Of a stretch of 64,000 nucleotides of DNA, positions 35,907 through 47,066 are shown in pieces. The stretch is from assembly GCA_030754655.1 (NCBI GenBank), contig JASLZX010000001.1, forward strand, positions 14,400 to 78,399, written 5' to 3'. This DNA is from Candidatus Poseidoniia archaeon. GTDB taxonomy: Archaea; Thermoplasmatota; Poseidoniia; MGIII; CG-Epi1. Numbering within the stretch: position 1 is the first letter of the stretch; each line of letters begins with the position of its first letter. The notes below the pieces were generated by a model, which did not search any database, was not told the DNA's origin, and worked only from the letters and a program-made list of their open reading frames with translations. A program made the position numbers and the translations under genes.

Positions 35907-38900
35907 ACATGCGACCGCTAATCAAGTCCTTCTTCCGCGGCAAGAGCACCGCAGGACCTAGCGCGGCGATGGTCAACCATCAGCTCGGTTCGTTCAATGA
36001 CTTCCTGCCGCACGCCGATAACAGCGCGCCCTGGATGCAGCGAGTCGTCAACAATATCACCGTTGGCGCCGACGAGAGCATGCGCGGCTCCATCCGGCTC
36101 GAACTGGGTGATCTGGACGTTATCGTCAAGCTGGGCGACGTGCGCGTCGGGCGACCGATGGTCTATGAAGCCAACGGCTCGCAGTCGGACGCCATACCGA
36201 TGATGTCGCGGCTGCGCAACCTCACCTACGCTGCGCCCATCCTGCTGCGCTTCACGGTTATCGAGGAAGAAATCGAGATTGAAGATATCGAGGAAGAAAT
36301 CGGGCTGATGCCGATTATGGTCAAGTCCTCGCTCTGCAACCTGTACCGCAATTCGGTTTACATCCAGGAAAAATACGAAATCGAGTCCACACCCACCGAC
36401 GCCGAATATCGCACCATCCTCCAGCAGGAGCAGGAGGACCCGGAAGATCCCGGCGGCTATTTCATCGTCAACGGCACCGAGCGCGTGCTCGTTTGCCTCG
36501 AGGACTTGGCACCCAACCGGGTGATGGTCGAGCGCAATGCGCGCTACCAGCGGCAGACCGAACTCGCCAAGGTCTTCTCACAGCGAGAGGGCTTCCGCGC
36601 CCTCACGGTGGTTGAGAAGAAGAAGGACGGTATCCTGCAGGTTTCGATTCCGGTCGCCTCGGGGCAGGTCCCGCTGGTGGTGCTGATGATGGCGCTCGGG
36701 ATGGAGTCAGCTGACGAAATCATGTCAGCCATCAACGCCGACGACACCACCCAGAATCAGGTGCTGGCCAACATCGAGGAGATTCACCATAATGAATCGG
36801 TCTTCACGACCGAAGAGGCGCTGCAGTACCTGGAGCGCCGTTTTGCCGCCGGGCAGTCGAAAGAGTACCGGCGCAAGCGCATCAACTACATCATCGACAA
36901 CACCCTGTTACCGCACCTCTCGACCAGTCAAGAAGTGCGCGGCAAGAAGGCGCTCTTCCTCGGCCGCATGGCGCGCGAAGTGCTCGAGCTAGCGACCGGC
37001 AGCCGTAAGCCGGACGACAAGGACCACTACGCCAACAAACGGCTCAAGCTGGCGGGCAACCTGATGGAAGAGCTGTTCCGCACGGGCTTGCAGGCACTGC
37101 TCAACGACATGAAGTACCAGATGGAGCGCAATTACGCCAAGCGTAAGGATAACCGTGTCCACAACGCCGTGCGACGCGACGTGCTCACCAACAAGATTAT
37201 GCACGCCATGGCGACCGGCAACTGGACCGGTGGCCGCGCCGGCGTGTCGCAGCTGCTTGACCGCACCTGCAACATGGCGACGCTGAGTCACCTGCGCCGC
37301 GTGATTTCACCACTAACCCGCAGCCAGCCACACTTCGAGGCGCGCGACCTGCACTCGACCCAGTTCGGACGACTCTGCCCCAACGAGACGCCAGAGGGGC
37401 AGAACTGCGGACTGGTCAAGAATCTGGCGTTGATGGTTGATGTTTCCGAAAACCTGCTCGACAGCGAAATACTGGGTACGCTACGTGAACTGGACGTCCA
37501 GCCGCTCGAAAAATTTGAAGAGGGGTGGGGCAAAATCTACTTCAACGGCGATCTGGCCGGTTGCCATCCGGCTCCGAAGGACCTCGTCCTCAAAATTCGG
37601 CAGCTACGACGCGAGGCGCGCATCCGCCATACGGTGAACGTGCGCTATGACGATTCTCTCGATGACGTTATTATAAACAGCGACCCGGGCCGTATCCGCC
37701 GCCCGCTGCTGATAGTTGACCGCAACAACAAACTGCGCATCACCAACAAGGATATCGAGAATGCCGACTCAGAGAAGGTGATCTGGAACGACCTGCTGGA
37801 GCGGGGGCTTGTCGAATATATCGATGCCGAGGAGGAGGAAAACTGCCTGATTGCGCTCAACACCGATGACCTAGCGCGCAACCGGAAGACCCACGCCTAC
37901 ACCCATATGGAAGTAGATCCTATGGTTATTCTCGGTGTCGCGACCTCCAACGTTCCCTTCCCCGAGCATAACTCGTCGCCGCGCTGTACGATGGGCGCCG
38001 GTATGGCGAAGCAGTCGCTCGGGATGGGGCAGTCCAACTACCGGCTGCGTCCCGATACGCGCGGCCACCTGATGCACTACCCGCAACAGCCGATGGTCCA
38101 GACTGAAGCGATGCGCTACAACACCCTGCGAGTCCGGCCCGCGGGGCAGAACATGGTCGTGGCGGTGATGAGCTACCACGGCTACAACATGGAGGACGCG
38201 CTGATTTTCAATCGCGGCTCAATTGACCGTGGCCTCGGTCGCTCCAGTTTCATGCGCTCCTACATCTCCGAAGAGCGACGCTACCCCGGCGGTCAGGAGG
38301 ACCGCTTCGTGATTCCCGGCCCCGACGTACGCGGTGCGCGCTCCGAAGAGGCGTACTTCAACCTCGAGGAGGACGGGCTGATTTACCCTGAGGTCGACCT
38401 GCGCGGGCGCGAGGTGCTGATTGGCAAGACCAGTCCGCCCCGCTTCCTCGCCGAGCCTACTGACTTCCTGACCCCACAGAAAGTGCGCGAATCGTCGCTG
38501 ACGGTACGCCACGGCGAGAAGGGGACGGTCGATTCGGTGATGCTCTCCGAGACCGAGAGCGGCTCGCGCATCGCACGTATCCGCGTGCGCGACCAGCGCG
38601 TCCCGGAGCTGGGCGACAAGTTCGCCAGCCGGCACGGGCAGAAGGGAGTCATCGGCCACATGGTGCCATCGGAGGGAATGCCCTTCACCGCCACCGGTAT
38701 CGTCCCAGATCTTATCATCAACCCACACGCGATTCCGAGCCGCATGACTGTCGCCCACGTACTGGAGATGGTAGGCGGCAAGCTGGGCGCCATGCGAGGC
38801 AGCCTCATCGATGGTAGCGCATTCTCGGGCGAGAAGGAGGATGAACTGCGCGGTGAACTTGCCGGCCTCGGCTTCAAGCACACTGGCCGCGAGTCGCTCT

Positions 38901-39343
38901 ACGACGGGCAAACCGGCCGCCGCATCGACGCCGACATTTTCATCGGCGTCATCTATTACCAGAAGCTGCACCACATGGTCAGCGGCAAAATGCACGCCCG
39001 CTCACGCGGACCGGTGCAACTGCTGACGCGCCAACCGACCGAGGGGCGCGCCCGCATGGGCGGGCTGCGGTTCGGTGAGATGGAGCGCGACTGCCTCATC
39101 GGTCACGGTGCGGCAATGGTCATCAAGGACCGATTGCTCGACGAGAGCGACAAAACACTGCAGTATGTCGACAGTCGTTCGGGACACATTTCCTACATGG
39201 ACCGGCGCGGCGTGCTGACCTCGCCCTTGGGCGACAATACCGCCATCTATCCCGTGACGATGTCATATGCGTTCAAGCTACTGCTTGAGGAGCTGAAGTC
39301 GCTCGGCATCGCGGCGCGGCTGCGCCTAGAGGACCGCTCATGA
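35903..39343 (+). CDS. rpoB: RNA polymerase subunit B (single-chain Rpo2)
   Basis: GGYFIVNG, ETPEGQNCGL, GYNMED, GDKFASRHGQKG, RQPTEGR, GLRFGEME. Confidence 0.98.
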   Translation: MNMRPLIKSFFRGKSTAGPSAAMVNHQLGSFNDFLPHADNSAPWMQRVVNNITVGADESMRGSIRLELGDLDVIVKLGDVRVGRPMVYEANGSQSDAIPMMSRLRNLTYAAPILLRFTVIEEEIEIEDIEEEIGLMPIMVKSSLCNLYRNSVYIQEKYEIESTPTDAEYRTILQQEQEDPEDPGGYFIVNGTERVLVCLEDLAPNRVMVERNARYQRQTELAKVFSQREGFRALTVVEKKKDGILQVSIPVASGQVPLVVLMMALGMESADEIMSAINADDTTQNQVLANIEEIHHNESVFTTEEALQYLERRFAAGQSKEYRRKRINYIIDNTLLPHLSTSQEVRGKKALFLGRMAREVLELATGSRKPDDKDHYANKRLKLAGNLMEELFRTGLQALLNDMKYQMERNYAKRKDNRVHNAVRRDVLTNKIMHAMATGNWTGGRAGVSQLLDRTCNMATLSHLRRVISPLTRSQPHFEARDLHSTQFGRLCPNETPEGQNCGLVKNLALMVDVSENLLDSEILGTLRELDVQPLEKFEEGWGKIYFNGDLAGCHPAPKDLVLKIRQLRREARIRHTVNVRYDDSLDDVIINSDPGRIRRPLLIVDRNNKLRITNKDIENADSEKVIWNDLLERGLVEYIDAEEEENCLIALNTDDLARNRKTHAYTHMEVDPMVILGVATSNVPFPEHNSSPRCTMGAGMAKQSLGMGQSNYRLRPDTRGHLMHYPQQPMVQTEAMRYNTLRVRPAGQNMVVAVMSYHGYNMEDALIFNRGSIDRGLGRSSFMRSYISEERRYPGGQEDRFVIPGPDVRGARSEEAYFNLEEDGLIYPEVDLRGREVLIGKTSPPRFLAEPTDFLTPQKVRESSLTVRHGEKGTVDSVMLSETESGSRIARIRVRDQRVPELGDKFASRHGQKGVIGHMVPSEGMPFTATGIVPDLIINPHAIPSRMTVAHVLEMVGGKLGAMRGSLIDGSAFSGEKEDELRGELAGLGFKHTGRESLYDGQTGRRIDADIFIGVIYYQKLHHMVSGKMHARSRGPVQLLTRQPTEGRARMGGLRFGEMERDCLIGHGAAMVIKDRLLDESDKTLQYVDSRSGHISYMDRRGVLTSPLGDNTAIYPVTMSYAFKLLLEELKSLGIAARLRLEDRS

Positions 39344-42006
39344 TTCGACACATGATCCCCAAGCGCATCTGCAGCATCGACTTCGCGCTCATCGGGCCGA
39401 AGGAGATTCGCAGCCTCTCAACCAGCAAGGTCATCACTGCCGACACCTACGACGACGACGGCTTCCCGATTCCGATGGGGCTGATGGACATGCACCTCGG
39501 CGTCATCGAGCCGGGACTGCGCTGCAAGACCTGCAGCCGCAAGCTGGATGAGTGCCCCGGCCACTTCGGCCACATCGATTTCGCGATGCCGGTCATCCAC
39601 TCTGGCTACTCCAAAGTCATCAAGGACGTGCTCTCGTCGACCTGCTCCGGCTGCAGCCGGCTGCTGCTGCCACAGGAGCGCATCGACCACTACACCTCGC
39701 TGCTCGAGAAAATCCACGAGTCTGAGGCGGGGACCACAGTCACGATGCAGGAACACATCCGCCGCGCCATCCGCGAGGCGGTCAAGGCCAAGACCTGCCC
39801 GCACTGCACTGAGGCGCAAATCAAGCTCACGCTCGACAAGCCGACCACCTTCCGCGAGGAAGGGCGCAAGCTGACTCCAAAGGAAGTGCGCAGCCGGCTC
39901 GAGAAAATCCCCGCAGGTGACCTGCGGACGCTCGGCTTCAACCCCGAGACGACGCGACCCGAATACATGGTGCTCACCGTCCTGCCGGTCCCACCGGTCT
40001 CGGTGCGCCCCTCGATTACCCTCGATAGCGGCGAGCGCTCCGAGGACGACCTGACCCACAAGCTAGTCGACGTGCTGCGGATTAACCAGCGGCTGCGCGA
40101 GAACCGCGATGCTGGCGCCCCGCAGCTCATCGTCGAGGACCTGTGGGAGCTGCTGCAGTACCACGTCACGACCTATTTTGATAACCAGACTGCCGGCATC
40201 CCCACCGCGCGCCACCGCAGCGGGCGGCCGCTGAAGACCATCATCCAGCGGCTGAAGGGAAAGGAGGGGCGCTTCCGCTCCAACCTGAGCGGCAAGCGTG
40301 TCAACTTCTCGGCGCGCACCGTGATTACCCCAGACCCCTACCTGAGCATCAACCAGGTCGGCGTCCCCGAGATGGCGGCGCGCGAGCTGACCGTCCCGGT
40401 CCGCACCAACATCCACAACCTGCAATTCATGAAGTGGCTGATGAAGGAGAACTTCGACCCCAGCGACCCTAAACGCTACATCCCCGGCATCAACTACATG
40501 ATTCGCCCCGATGGGCGTCGCGTCAAGTTGACCGAGGAGAACTGGGAGTTCAACCTGGAGCGCCTCGAGCCGGGCTTCATCGTCGAGCGCCACCTGATGG
40601 ATGGCGATATCGTGCTGTTCAACCGGCAGCCATCGCTGCATCGCATGTCGATGATGGCGCACGAGGTGCGTATCATGAAGGGCAAGACCTTCCGCATCAA
40701 CCTCTGCGTCTGTCCACCCTACAACGCTGACTTCGACGGCGACGAGATGAACCTACACGTCGTCCAGTCCGAAGAGGCGCGCGCCGAGGCGCGCATCCTA
40801 ATGCGGGTACAGGAACACATCCGGTCACCCCGTTTCGGCGGCGCGGTGATTGGCGCTATCCACGACCACATCACCGGCATGTTCCTGCTGACCCACGGTG
40901 ACGCGAGCTACGACCGTGACCAAACCGTGCGCATCCTGTCGCGCATCGACTACCACGGCGCACTGCCAAAGCCAGCCTACCCCAAAGCGACCGGTGGCCC
41001 CAAATGGTCGGGACGGCAGATTTTTTCGGCGCTGCTGCCGAATGACATGAACCTGGAGTTCAACGCCTCGGTCTATTTCCCCGGGCGCAGCGTGGAGGAG
41101 AATGCCGACCTCGACACGATTGTCGAAATCCGCAACGGCGAGATGCTGCGCGGACCGGTCGACGGCCGCTCCATCTCCGCCTTCAAGGGCATCATCCTGG
41201 AAGAGATTTCGCGCCTTAAGGGGCCGAGCGCGGCACGCGAGTTCATTGACCTCGTCACCCGCCTCGCCGTCGGGGCCTTGATGGAGACCGGTTGCACGAC
41301 CGGGATTGACGACGAGGATATCCCGCCGGAAGCTATCCTGCAGATTGAGGACGCCATGAAGGGCGCCATGAAGGGCGTCAACAAACTAGTCACCTCCTAC
41401 AACAAGGGCAACCTCGAGAGCATGCCTGGACGCAGCCTCGAGGAGACGCTCGAGGTGGAGGTGATGAAGAAGCTGGGGCAGGCGCGCGACAAGGCGGGCG
41501 ACATCGCCGGCTGGCACCTTGGCATGGACAATTTCGCCGTTATCATGGCGCGCTCCGGCGCGCGCGGCAGCATGCTCAACCTGTCGCAGATGGCGGGCAG
41601 CATCGGCCAGCAGGCGGTGCGAGGCGAGCGGATTTCGCGCGGATACGAGAAGCGCACCCTTTCACACTTCAACCAAGGTGACCTGGGTGCCGCGGCGAAG
41701 GGATTCGTCCGCTCCAGCTACAAGCACGGGCTGAGCCCGACCGAGTATTTCTTCCACTCCATGGGCGGCCGTGAGGGGCTGGTCGATACCGCCGTGCGCA
41801 CCTCGCGCAGTGGCTACATGCAGCGACGGCTGGTCAACGCGCTGGAGGACTTGCGCGTCAAGTATGACGGCACCGTCCGCAACACGGCCAACACCGTCAT
41901 CCAGTTCAGTTACGGCGAGGACGCGGTCGACCCGACCCGCTCTAAGTTCGGGGAAGGCATTGACGCCGACGACATTGTCGAGGCCGTTGTCGGGGGAGGC
42001 GAGTAA
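39340..42006 (+). CDS. rpoA1: RNA polymerase subunit A' (Rpo1N)
   Basis: [26 protein letters not shown] catalytic motif, [11 protein letters not shown]. Confidence 0.98.
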   Translation: MIRHMIPKRICSIDFALIGPKEIRSLSTSKVITADTYDDDGFPIPMGLMDMHLGVIEPGLRCKTCSRKLDECPGHFGHIDFAMPVIHSGYSKVIKDVLSSTCSGCSRLLLPQERIDHYTSLLEKIHESEAGTTVTMQEHIRRAIREAVKAKTCPHCTEAQIKLTLDKPTTFREEGRKLTPKEVRSRLEKIPAGDLRTLGFNPETTRPEYMVLTVLPVPPVSVRPSITLDSGERSEDDLTHKLVDVLRINQRLRENRDAGAPQLIVEDLWELLQYHVTTYFDNQTAGIPTARHRSGRPLKTIIQRLKGKEGRFRSNLSGKRVNFSARTVITPDPYLSINQVGVPEMAARELTVPVRTNIHNLQFMKWLMKENFDPSDPKRYIPGINYMIRPDGRRVKLTEENWEFNLERLEPGFIVERHLMDGDIVLFNRQPSLHRMSMMAHEVRIMKGKTFRINLCVCPPYNADFDGDEMNLHVVQSEEARAEARILMRVQEHIRSPRFGGAVIGAIHDHITGMFLLTHGDASYDRDQTVRILSRIDYHGALPKPAYPKATGGPKWSGRQIFSALLPNDMNLEFNASVYFPGRSVEENADLDTIVEIRNGEMLRGPVDGRSISAFKGIILEEISRLKGPSAAREFIDLVTRLAVGALMETGCTTGIDDEDIPPEAILQIEDAMKGAMKGVNKLVTSYNKGNLESMPGRSLEETLEVEVMKKLGQARDKAGDIAGWHLGMDNFAVIMARSGARGSMLNLSQMAGSIGQQAVRGERISRGYEKRTLSHFNQGDLGAAAKGFVRSSYKHGLSPTEYFFHSMGGREGLVDTAVRTSRSGYMQRRLVNALEDLRVKYDGTVRNTANTVIQFSYGEDAVDPTRSKFGEGIDADDIVEAVVGGGE

Positions 42007-44282
42007 TGGCGCGTAGCGACACTATCCGCGCACTCGAGCGGCGTGGTATGGCACGGCCACTGGCAGCCAAGGCGGCCGATGCGGGCGAGCAGCTCGGGAC
42101 GCTCAAGAATGCGAGCCTCGCTAAGCTGCGCAAACTCTTCAGTTTCCGCGAAATCCTGGAAGTCATCGAGGCAGTCGGCAACCGCAAGGTCGACCGCGAA
42201 GAGGTCGTCGCTGGCGCCCTCGAAGAGGAGAAGTCAGGCGATGGCCCCTTCTCGGCCGACGCCGCGCTGCGGAGGGTCGAGAAGAAACTGGGCGTCATCT
42301 GGTCGCTGCCTGACGGTTACACGATTGACGCGATTAACGAGCATGTCGCCTCGAAGGGCGAAGTGCTGCTGGGGGTCGCTTTCCCGATTAACGCGCGGCA
42401 GTTCCGTTACCCCTTCAGCGGCTACGTCTACCTCAAGGAACACCACGGCATCCGCTACCTCTCCATCATCTCCGAGGTGCTCTCGTTCGACCGCCCCGGC
42501 ACTCCCGAGGAGGAAGAGCTGTTGCTGCCGGCACACGTTGAAGAACCTTACGTTACTTTCCTGCGCATCGAGCGAATGGTGCCGCTGCCGCGCACGCTGC
42601 GGCTGGACGAGTTCCACAAGATGGACGGCACGGCTGTCCGCTCGGCGCGCAACTACACGCAAGTCGAGGACTCGTTCGACCTGTCACGCGACCGGCTGCG
42701 CTTCGAGCAGGAGCGCATCGACGCGCAGCGGGTCTACACCGATCTCGGTTTCTCCGAGAAAACCGCGCAGGGTCTCTTCACCGGCGGACTCTACCACCCC
42801 ACGCAGGCGGCCGCTGCCACCGACGAGGAGCTGAAGGACGCTGACGTCCCGATGTCGCGGCTGGAGGAATTCCGCAAGGCGGTCGAGGAGGCTGCCGCGA
42901 AGGCGCTGGCCGAGCCGGCCAAGGCGCCGACCAAGGGAGTCGAGGTTGCCGACCTAGAGGAAGAGGAAGAGGCGGGGCGCAAGCTCAGCCCGTTCCGCAT
43001 CCGCGCGCTCAAGCTGGCGAAGGGGCTCCCGAGCCACTACGTCGAGGAAATCGCGTGCAGCGCCGAGAAAGGGCGTCTGAAGGCTAAGGGCGTCAAGGAA
43101 CTGGTGGCCACCTTTAGCGAGCTGGTCGCTACTGAGGAGAAACTACAACAGGCGCTCGCGAAAGCAAAGGCGAAGCTGCCGCAGGGTATCATACGGCAGC
43201 TGGCCGAGAAAGCGGCTGACCACAAGCTGAGTACGAAGCAATACAACGAAATTGTGAAGCTGGCGCTGGGACAGTATAATCTCGCACAGGTCGACGCTAC
43301 CGAGGCGGTCGGCATCCTCGCGGCACAGTCGATTGGCGAGCCGGGGACGCAGATGACCATGCGTACCTTCCACTACGCCGGTGTTGCCGAAATGAACGTT
43401 ACACTGGGACTTCCGCGGCTAATCGAGATTGTCGACGCCCGCCGCGAGCCCAAGACGCCAATCATGGAGGTCTACCTCGAGCCACAGTTCGCCGCCGACC
43501 GCAAGGTGGCGCTGGACGTGGCGGCGCGGATTGAGGCGCGCTCGGTCAGCAGTCTGGCGCGTATCCGCACAGACATGACCAACCTGCGGCTGATTATCGA
43601 GCCGGACCAGAAGGAACTGAAGGCGTGCAAGCTGACCGACGAACTGCTAGCGGCGCGCATCAAGAAGCAGGGACGACTGCGCTGCCTGATGACCATTGAG
43701 GGTGGCGAAATCGTCATGACCGATAAAGAGCCGTCGTTCAAGAAACTCTACGTCTTGGAAGACAAGGTGCGCCAGCTCAAGGTGGCCGGCATCGCTTCGA
43801 TTTCCCGCGCCATCGTGCGCAAGGACAAAGACGAATATATCATCTTCACCGAGGGCTCCGACCTAAAGGCGGTCCTAGCGGTGCCGGAAGTCGACCCGAC
43901 CCGCACTAGCAGCAATTCGGTCCACGAAATTGCCGCAGTGCTCGGAATCGAGGCGGCACGCAACTCCATCACCTACGAACTGAACCAGACGCTGAACGAG
44001 CAGGGACTCTCGGTCGACATGCGCCACAACCTGCTGGTCGCCGACGTAATGACAAACACTGGCCGTGTCAAGGCGATTGGCCGACACGGGATTTCTGGCG
44101 CGAAGACCTCAGTCCTCGCCCGGGCCGCGTTCGAGATTACATCGACCCACCTGCTGCTGGCTGGCCTCTCCGGAGAGGTAGACGTCCTGACCGGCGTTGC
44201 CGAAAATATCATCGTTGGCCAGCCAGTCCACCTTGGCACCGGCGCGGTGAGCGTCATCTACAAGCCCGGTAAAGGAGCTTGA
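42006..44282 (+). CDS. rpoA2: RNA polymerase subunit A'' (Rpo1C) with long N-terminal extension
   Basis: [45 protein letters not shown] in the C-terminal ~390 aa. Confidence 0.96.
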   Translation: MARSDTIRALERRGMARPLAAKAADAGEQLGTLKNASLAKLRKLFSFREILEVIEAVGNRKVDREEVVAGALEEEKSGDGPFSADAALRRVEKKLGVIWSLPDGYTIDAINEHVASKGEVLLGVAFPINARQFRYPFSGYVYLKEHHGIRYLSIISEVLSFDRPGTPEEEELLLPAHVEEPYVTFLRIERMVPLPRTLRLDEFHKMDGTAVRSARNYTQVEDSFDLSRDRLRFEQERIDAQRVYTDLGFSEKTAQGLFTGGLYHPTQAAAATDEELKDADVPMSRLEEFRKAVEEAAAKALAEPAKAPTKGVEVADLEEEEEAGRKLSPFRIRALKLAKGLPSHYVEEIACSAEKGRLKAKGVKELVATFSELVATEEKLQQALAKAKAKLPQGIIRQLAEKAADHKLSTKQYNEIVKLALGQYNLAQVDATEAVGILAAQSIGEPGTQMTMRTFHYAGVAEMNVTLGLPRLIEIVDARREPKTPIMEVYLEPQFAADRKVALDVAARIEARSVSSLARIRTDMTNLRLIIEPDQKELKACKLTDELLAARIKKQGRLRCLMTIEGGEIVMTDKEPSFKKLYVLEDKVRQLKVAGIASISRAIVRKDKDEYIIFTEGSDLKAVLAVPEVDPTRTSSNSVHEIAAVLGIEAARNSITYELNQTLNEQGLSVDMRHNLLVADVMTNTGRVKAIGRHGISGAKTSVLARAAFEITSTHLLLAGLSGEVDVLTGVAENIIVGQPVHLGTGAVSVIYKPGKGA

Positions 44283-44572
44283 TGGACCTCAACAAGGCAC
44301 TGCGCAAGGCCATCGCCACCGGCGAGGTTGACCTTGGCGCCAACCAGTGCCGCGAGGCAGTCGCCAGCGACGAGGCACGGCTGGTGATACTGGCGAGCAA
44401 CTGCCCATCAGGGGTACGCGAGATCGTCCTCGAGGCTGAAGCGAACGTTTACCAGTTTGACGGAACTAACTCTGACCTCGGTGCCGCGTGCGGAAAGCCT
44501 TTCCCGATATCGGCGGTGACCATCATCGAAGGCGGCAACTCCGAAATCCTGAGGCTCAAACCCAACCTCTGA
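44282..44572 (+). CDS. rpl30e: 50S ribosomal protein L30e
   Basis: ATGEVDLG, LASNCP, LGAACGKPF; conserved position after rpoA2. Confidence 0.93.
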   Translation: MDLNKALRKAIATGEVDLGANQCREAVASDEARLVILASNCPSGVREIVLEAEANVYQFDGTNSDLGAACGKPFPISAVTIIEGGNSEILRLKPNL

Positions 44573-44612
44573 GGGTTACGTTTAAGCCGGGCCTCAAGCT
44601 GCCCCGGCGGGC

Positions 44613-46508
44613 ATGGCTTTTCCCCTCGACCTCAGCGGCTTTTCGCGGCTGAAATTACCTCTTGAACCAGAGCTTGACGAAGCGAAGTTGGCGCAGCTGG
44701 AAAGCGACATTGCGCTGCTGCGCGACACCATCATCACGCTGACCGCAATCGCCCGCGCACGAGGCCTCGGCGGCCACACCGGCGGGCCGTACGACATCGT
44801 CCCCGAAGTGCTGATTGTCGACGCGCTGCGCGACGGCGGAGCCGCGATTCACCCCGAGTTTTTCGACGAGGCGGGCCACCGCGCTGCGCTGCAGTACGCG
44901 CGCGGCGCGCTGCGAGGCGGCTTGCCGCCGGAACAACTGCTGCACTACCGCGAATACGACTCGGGACTGGCGGGCCACCCGGAAAAGGAATTGCTCAACT
45001 GCATCGACTTCTCGAGCGGGCGGCTCGGCCACGCAGCGGGGCATGTCAACGGCGTCGCGCTCGCCTGTCCAGAGCAGGCGGTGGTGATGTTCGGCTCCGA
45101 CGGCTCGCAGATGGAGGGGAATAATGCGGAGGCAGCACGGCTGGCGGTCGCCAACGGGCTGAACGTCAAGTGGATTATCGACGACAACAACGTCACGATT
45201 GCCGGCTACCCCGACCGCTACCTGCCCGAGTTCGACCTAGAGCGTACCCTCGGTGGCCACGGCTTCGCAGTCTTCTCGGTCGACGGCGAAGACGCGCGCG
45301 CGCTACTGGCGGCAATCATCGCCGCGCTGCAGCACGATGGCCCGGCGGCAGTACTCTGCCGCCGGGCCATGGGACCGGGCGTCCCACAGCTCGAAGGGAC
45401 ACCACAACTGCACGACGTGATTACGCTCGCTGCAGCACGCGAATACCTTGCTGCGCGTGGCCACGACACCGCGTTGGCGCTGCTGGACGAAATCGAAGGC
45501 GGAACGGCGGCGCCCCCGGCAAAGATGCTCGGCAGCGGCGCAACCGGCGCCTGCCGCAAGCAGTTCGGCACCGCGCTGGCGGGCGTGCTGGCGGATCTCT
45601 CGGCCGACGAGCGGCAGCGCGTCCGCGCCTTTGACTCGGATCTCGAAGGCTCGGTTGGCCTGACAGTGGTTCGCGAGCAGTTCCCCGAGTGCTTCACTAG
45701 TGGCGGGGTGCAGGAGCGCGGCAACCTGCTCGCTGCCGCTGGCTTCGGCTCGCAGCCGGACTGCCAGGGGGTCTTCGCGACTTTCTCCGCCTTCCTCGAA
45801 ATGGTGATTTCCGAAATCACGATGTCGCGGCTCAACGAGTGCGACCTGCTCTGCCACTTCTCGCACGCTGGGGTTGATGCCATGTCTGATAATACCTGCC
45901 ACTTCGGGCTCAACAATTTCTTCGCCGACAACTACGTCGACGAGGGCACCCCGACCGCTCTTTATTTTCCGGCCGACGTCCACCAGATGGACGCCGTCAT
46001 CCGCCACGTTTTCCCCAGGCCGGGGCTGCGCTTCGTCTTCTCCAACCGCTCGAAGCTGCCAGAAATTCTTGACGCAGCGGGCGCGCCGCTCCACGGTGGT
46101 GACTACCATTTCGAGCCGGGGCGCGACGAAATCGTGCGCGAGGGTGACGCGGGCTGGATTGTGAGCTACGGCGACATGCTCCACCGCAGCCTACACGTCG
46201 TCGAAACACTGCGCGCCGAGGGGATTTCGGTGGGACTGGTGAACAAGCCCACGCTCAACGTCGTTGACGAAAAGATGCTCGCCAGACTTGGCAAGGCTCC
46301 TTTTATACTGGTCGTCGAGAGTCTCAACCGGCGCACCGGGCTCGGCATCCGCTACGGCAGCTGGCTGCTCGAGCGCGGATTCGCACCGCGCTATGGCCAC
46401 ATGGGCACCACCCGACCGGGCAATTGCGGGCAGGCGGAGCAGATTGCGCACCAGCGGCTCGCGTCGGCCGACGTGGAAGCGCGCGTCAGGGAACTGCTGG
46501 CGGCCTGA
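44613..46508 (+). CDS. Transketolase-like TPP enzyme (single chain)
   Basis: GGHTGG, GHPE, SGRLGH, GSDGSQMEG...DDN TPP motif, DSDLEGS, GVQERG, ATFSAF. Confidence 0.8.
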   Translation: MAFPLDLSGFSRLKLPLEPELDEAKLAQLESDIALLRDTIITLTAIARARGLGGHTGGPYDIVPEVLIVDALRDGGAAIHPEFFDEAGHRAALQYARGALRGGLPPEQLLHYREYDSGLAGHPEKELLNCIDFSSGRLGHAAGHVNGVALACPEQAVVMFGSDGSQMEGNNAEAARLAVANGLNVKWIIDDNNVTIAGYPDRYLPEFDLERTLGGHGFAVFSVDGEDARALLAAIIAALQHDGPAAVLCRRAMGPGVPQLEGTPQLHDVITLAAAREYLAARGHDTALALLDEIEGGTAAPPAKMLGSGATGACRKQFGTALAGVLADLSADERQRVRAFDSDLEGSVGLTVVREQFPECFTSGGVQERGNLLAAAGFGSQPDCQGVFATFSAFLEMVISEITMSRLNECDLLCHFSHAGVDAMSDNTCHFGLNNFFADNYVDEGTPTALYFPADVHQMDAVIRHVFPRPGLRFVFSNRSKLPEILDAAGAPLHGGDYHFEPGRDEIVREGDAGWIVSYGDMLHRSLHVVETLRAEGISVGLVNKPTLNVVDEKMLARLGKAPFILVVESLNRRTGLGIRYGSWLLERGFAPRYGHMGTTRPGNCGQAEQIAHQRLASADVEARVRELLAA

Positions 46509-46519
46509 ACTATGCTGCC

Positions 46520-46975
46520 ATGGAACTGACGCGTCTGGAATCCGCCACCGGCGCAATAATCGCCGCGGCGACTGACCGCGACGGTGCACTGCGCGAAATC
46601 GCGCAGCTGCTCGAAGCGCGCGTGGAGCACTACGACTGGGTCGGCTTCTACCTCGCTGAAGGCCGCGAACTCGTCCTAGGGCCGTTCGTCGGCGCACCGA
46701 CCGAACACGTCCGCATCCCCTTCGGCTGCGGCGTCTGCGGGCAAGTGGCCGAGAGCGGCGAGACGCTGGTTGTGTCCGACGTAGCGGCGGAGGCGAACTA
46801 CCTTTCGTGCGGCAGTACGGTGCAGTCGGAAGTTGTTATTCCAATCCATGCCGACGGCGAGTTCGTCGCACAGCTCGATATCGACTCGCACACGCGCGAC
46901 CCTTACTCGCAGGGCGAGGTGGTATTCCTGCAGCGGCTCTGCACGCGGCTGGCGCAGCTCTGGAACGAAACTTAA
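46520..46975 (+). CDS. GAF-domain protein, free methionine-R-sulfoxide reductase-like
   Basis: DWVGFY, LGPFVG, IPFGCGVCG, YLSC, SEVVIP, LDIDS. Confidence 0.85.
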   Translation: MELTRLESATGAIIAAATDRDGALREIAQLLEARVEHYDWVGFYLAEGRELVLGPFVGAPTEHVRIPFGCGVCGQVAESGETLVVSDVAAEANYLSCGSTVQSEVVIPIHADGEFVAQLDIDSHTRDPYSQGEVVFLQRLCTRLAQLWNET

Positions 46976-47066
46976 TTAGCCGCGACCGCAGCGTGGGCGG
47001 CGCAGTGATGGTGATTGTCGGAGTCTACCTCGTCTGGTTCTACCTCTCCACCAGCACCACCCTGCT

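Noticed and set aside
35903-44282. Inteins in the RNA polymerase subunits
   Set aside because: RpoB and RpoA' have normal lengths. The A'' extension is N-terminal and lacks intein splice-junction and LAGLIDADG motifs.
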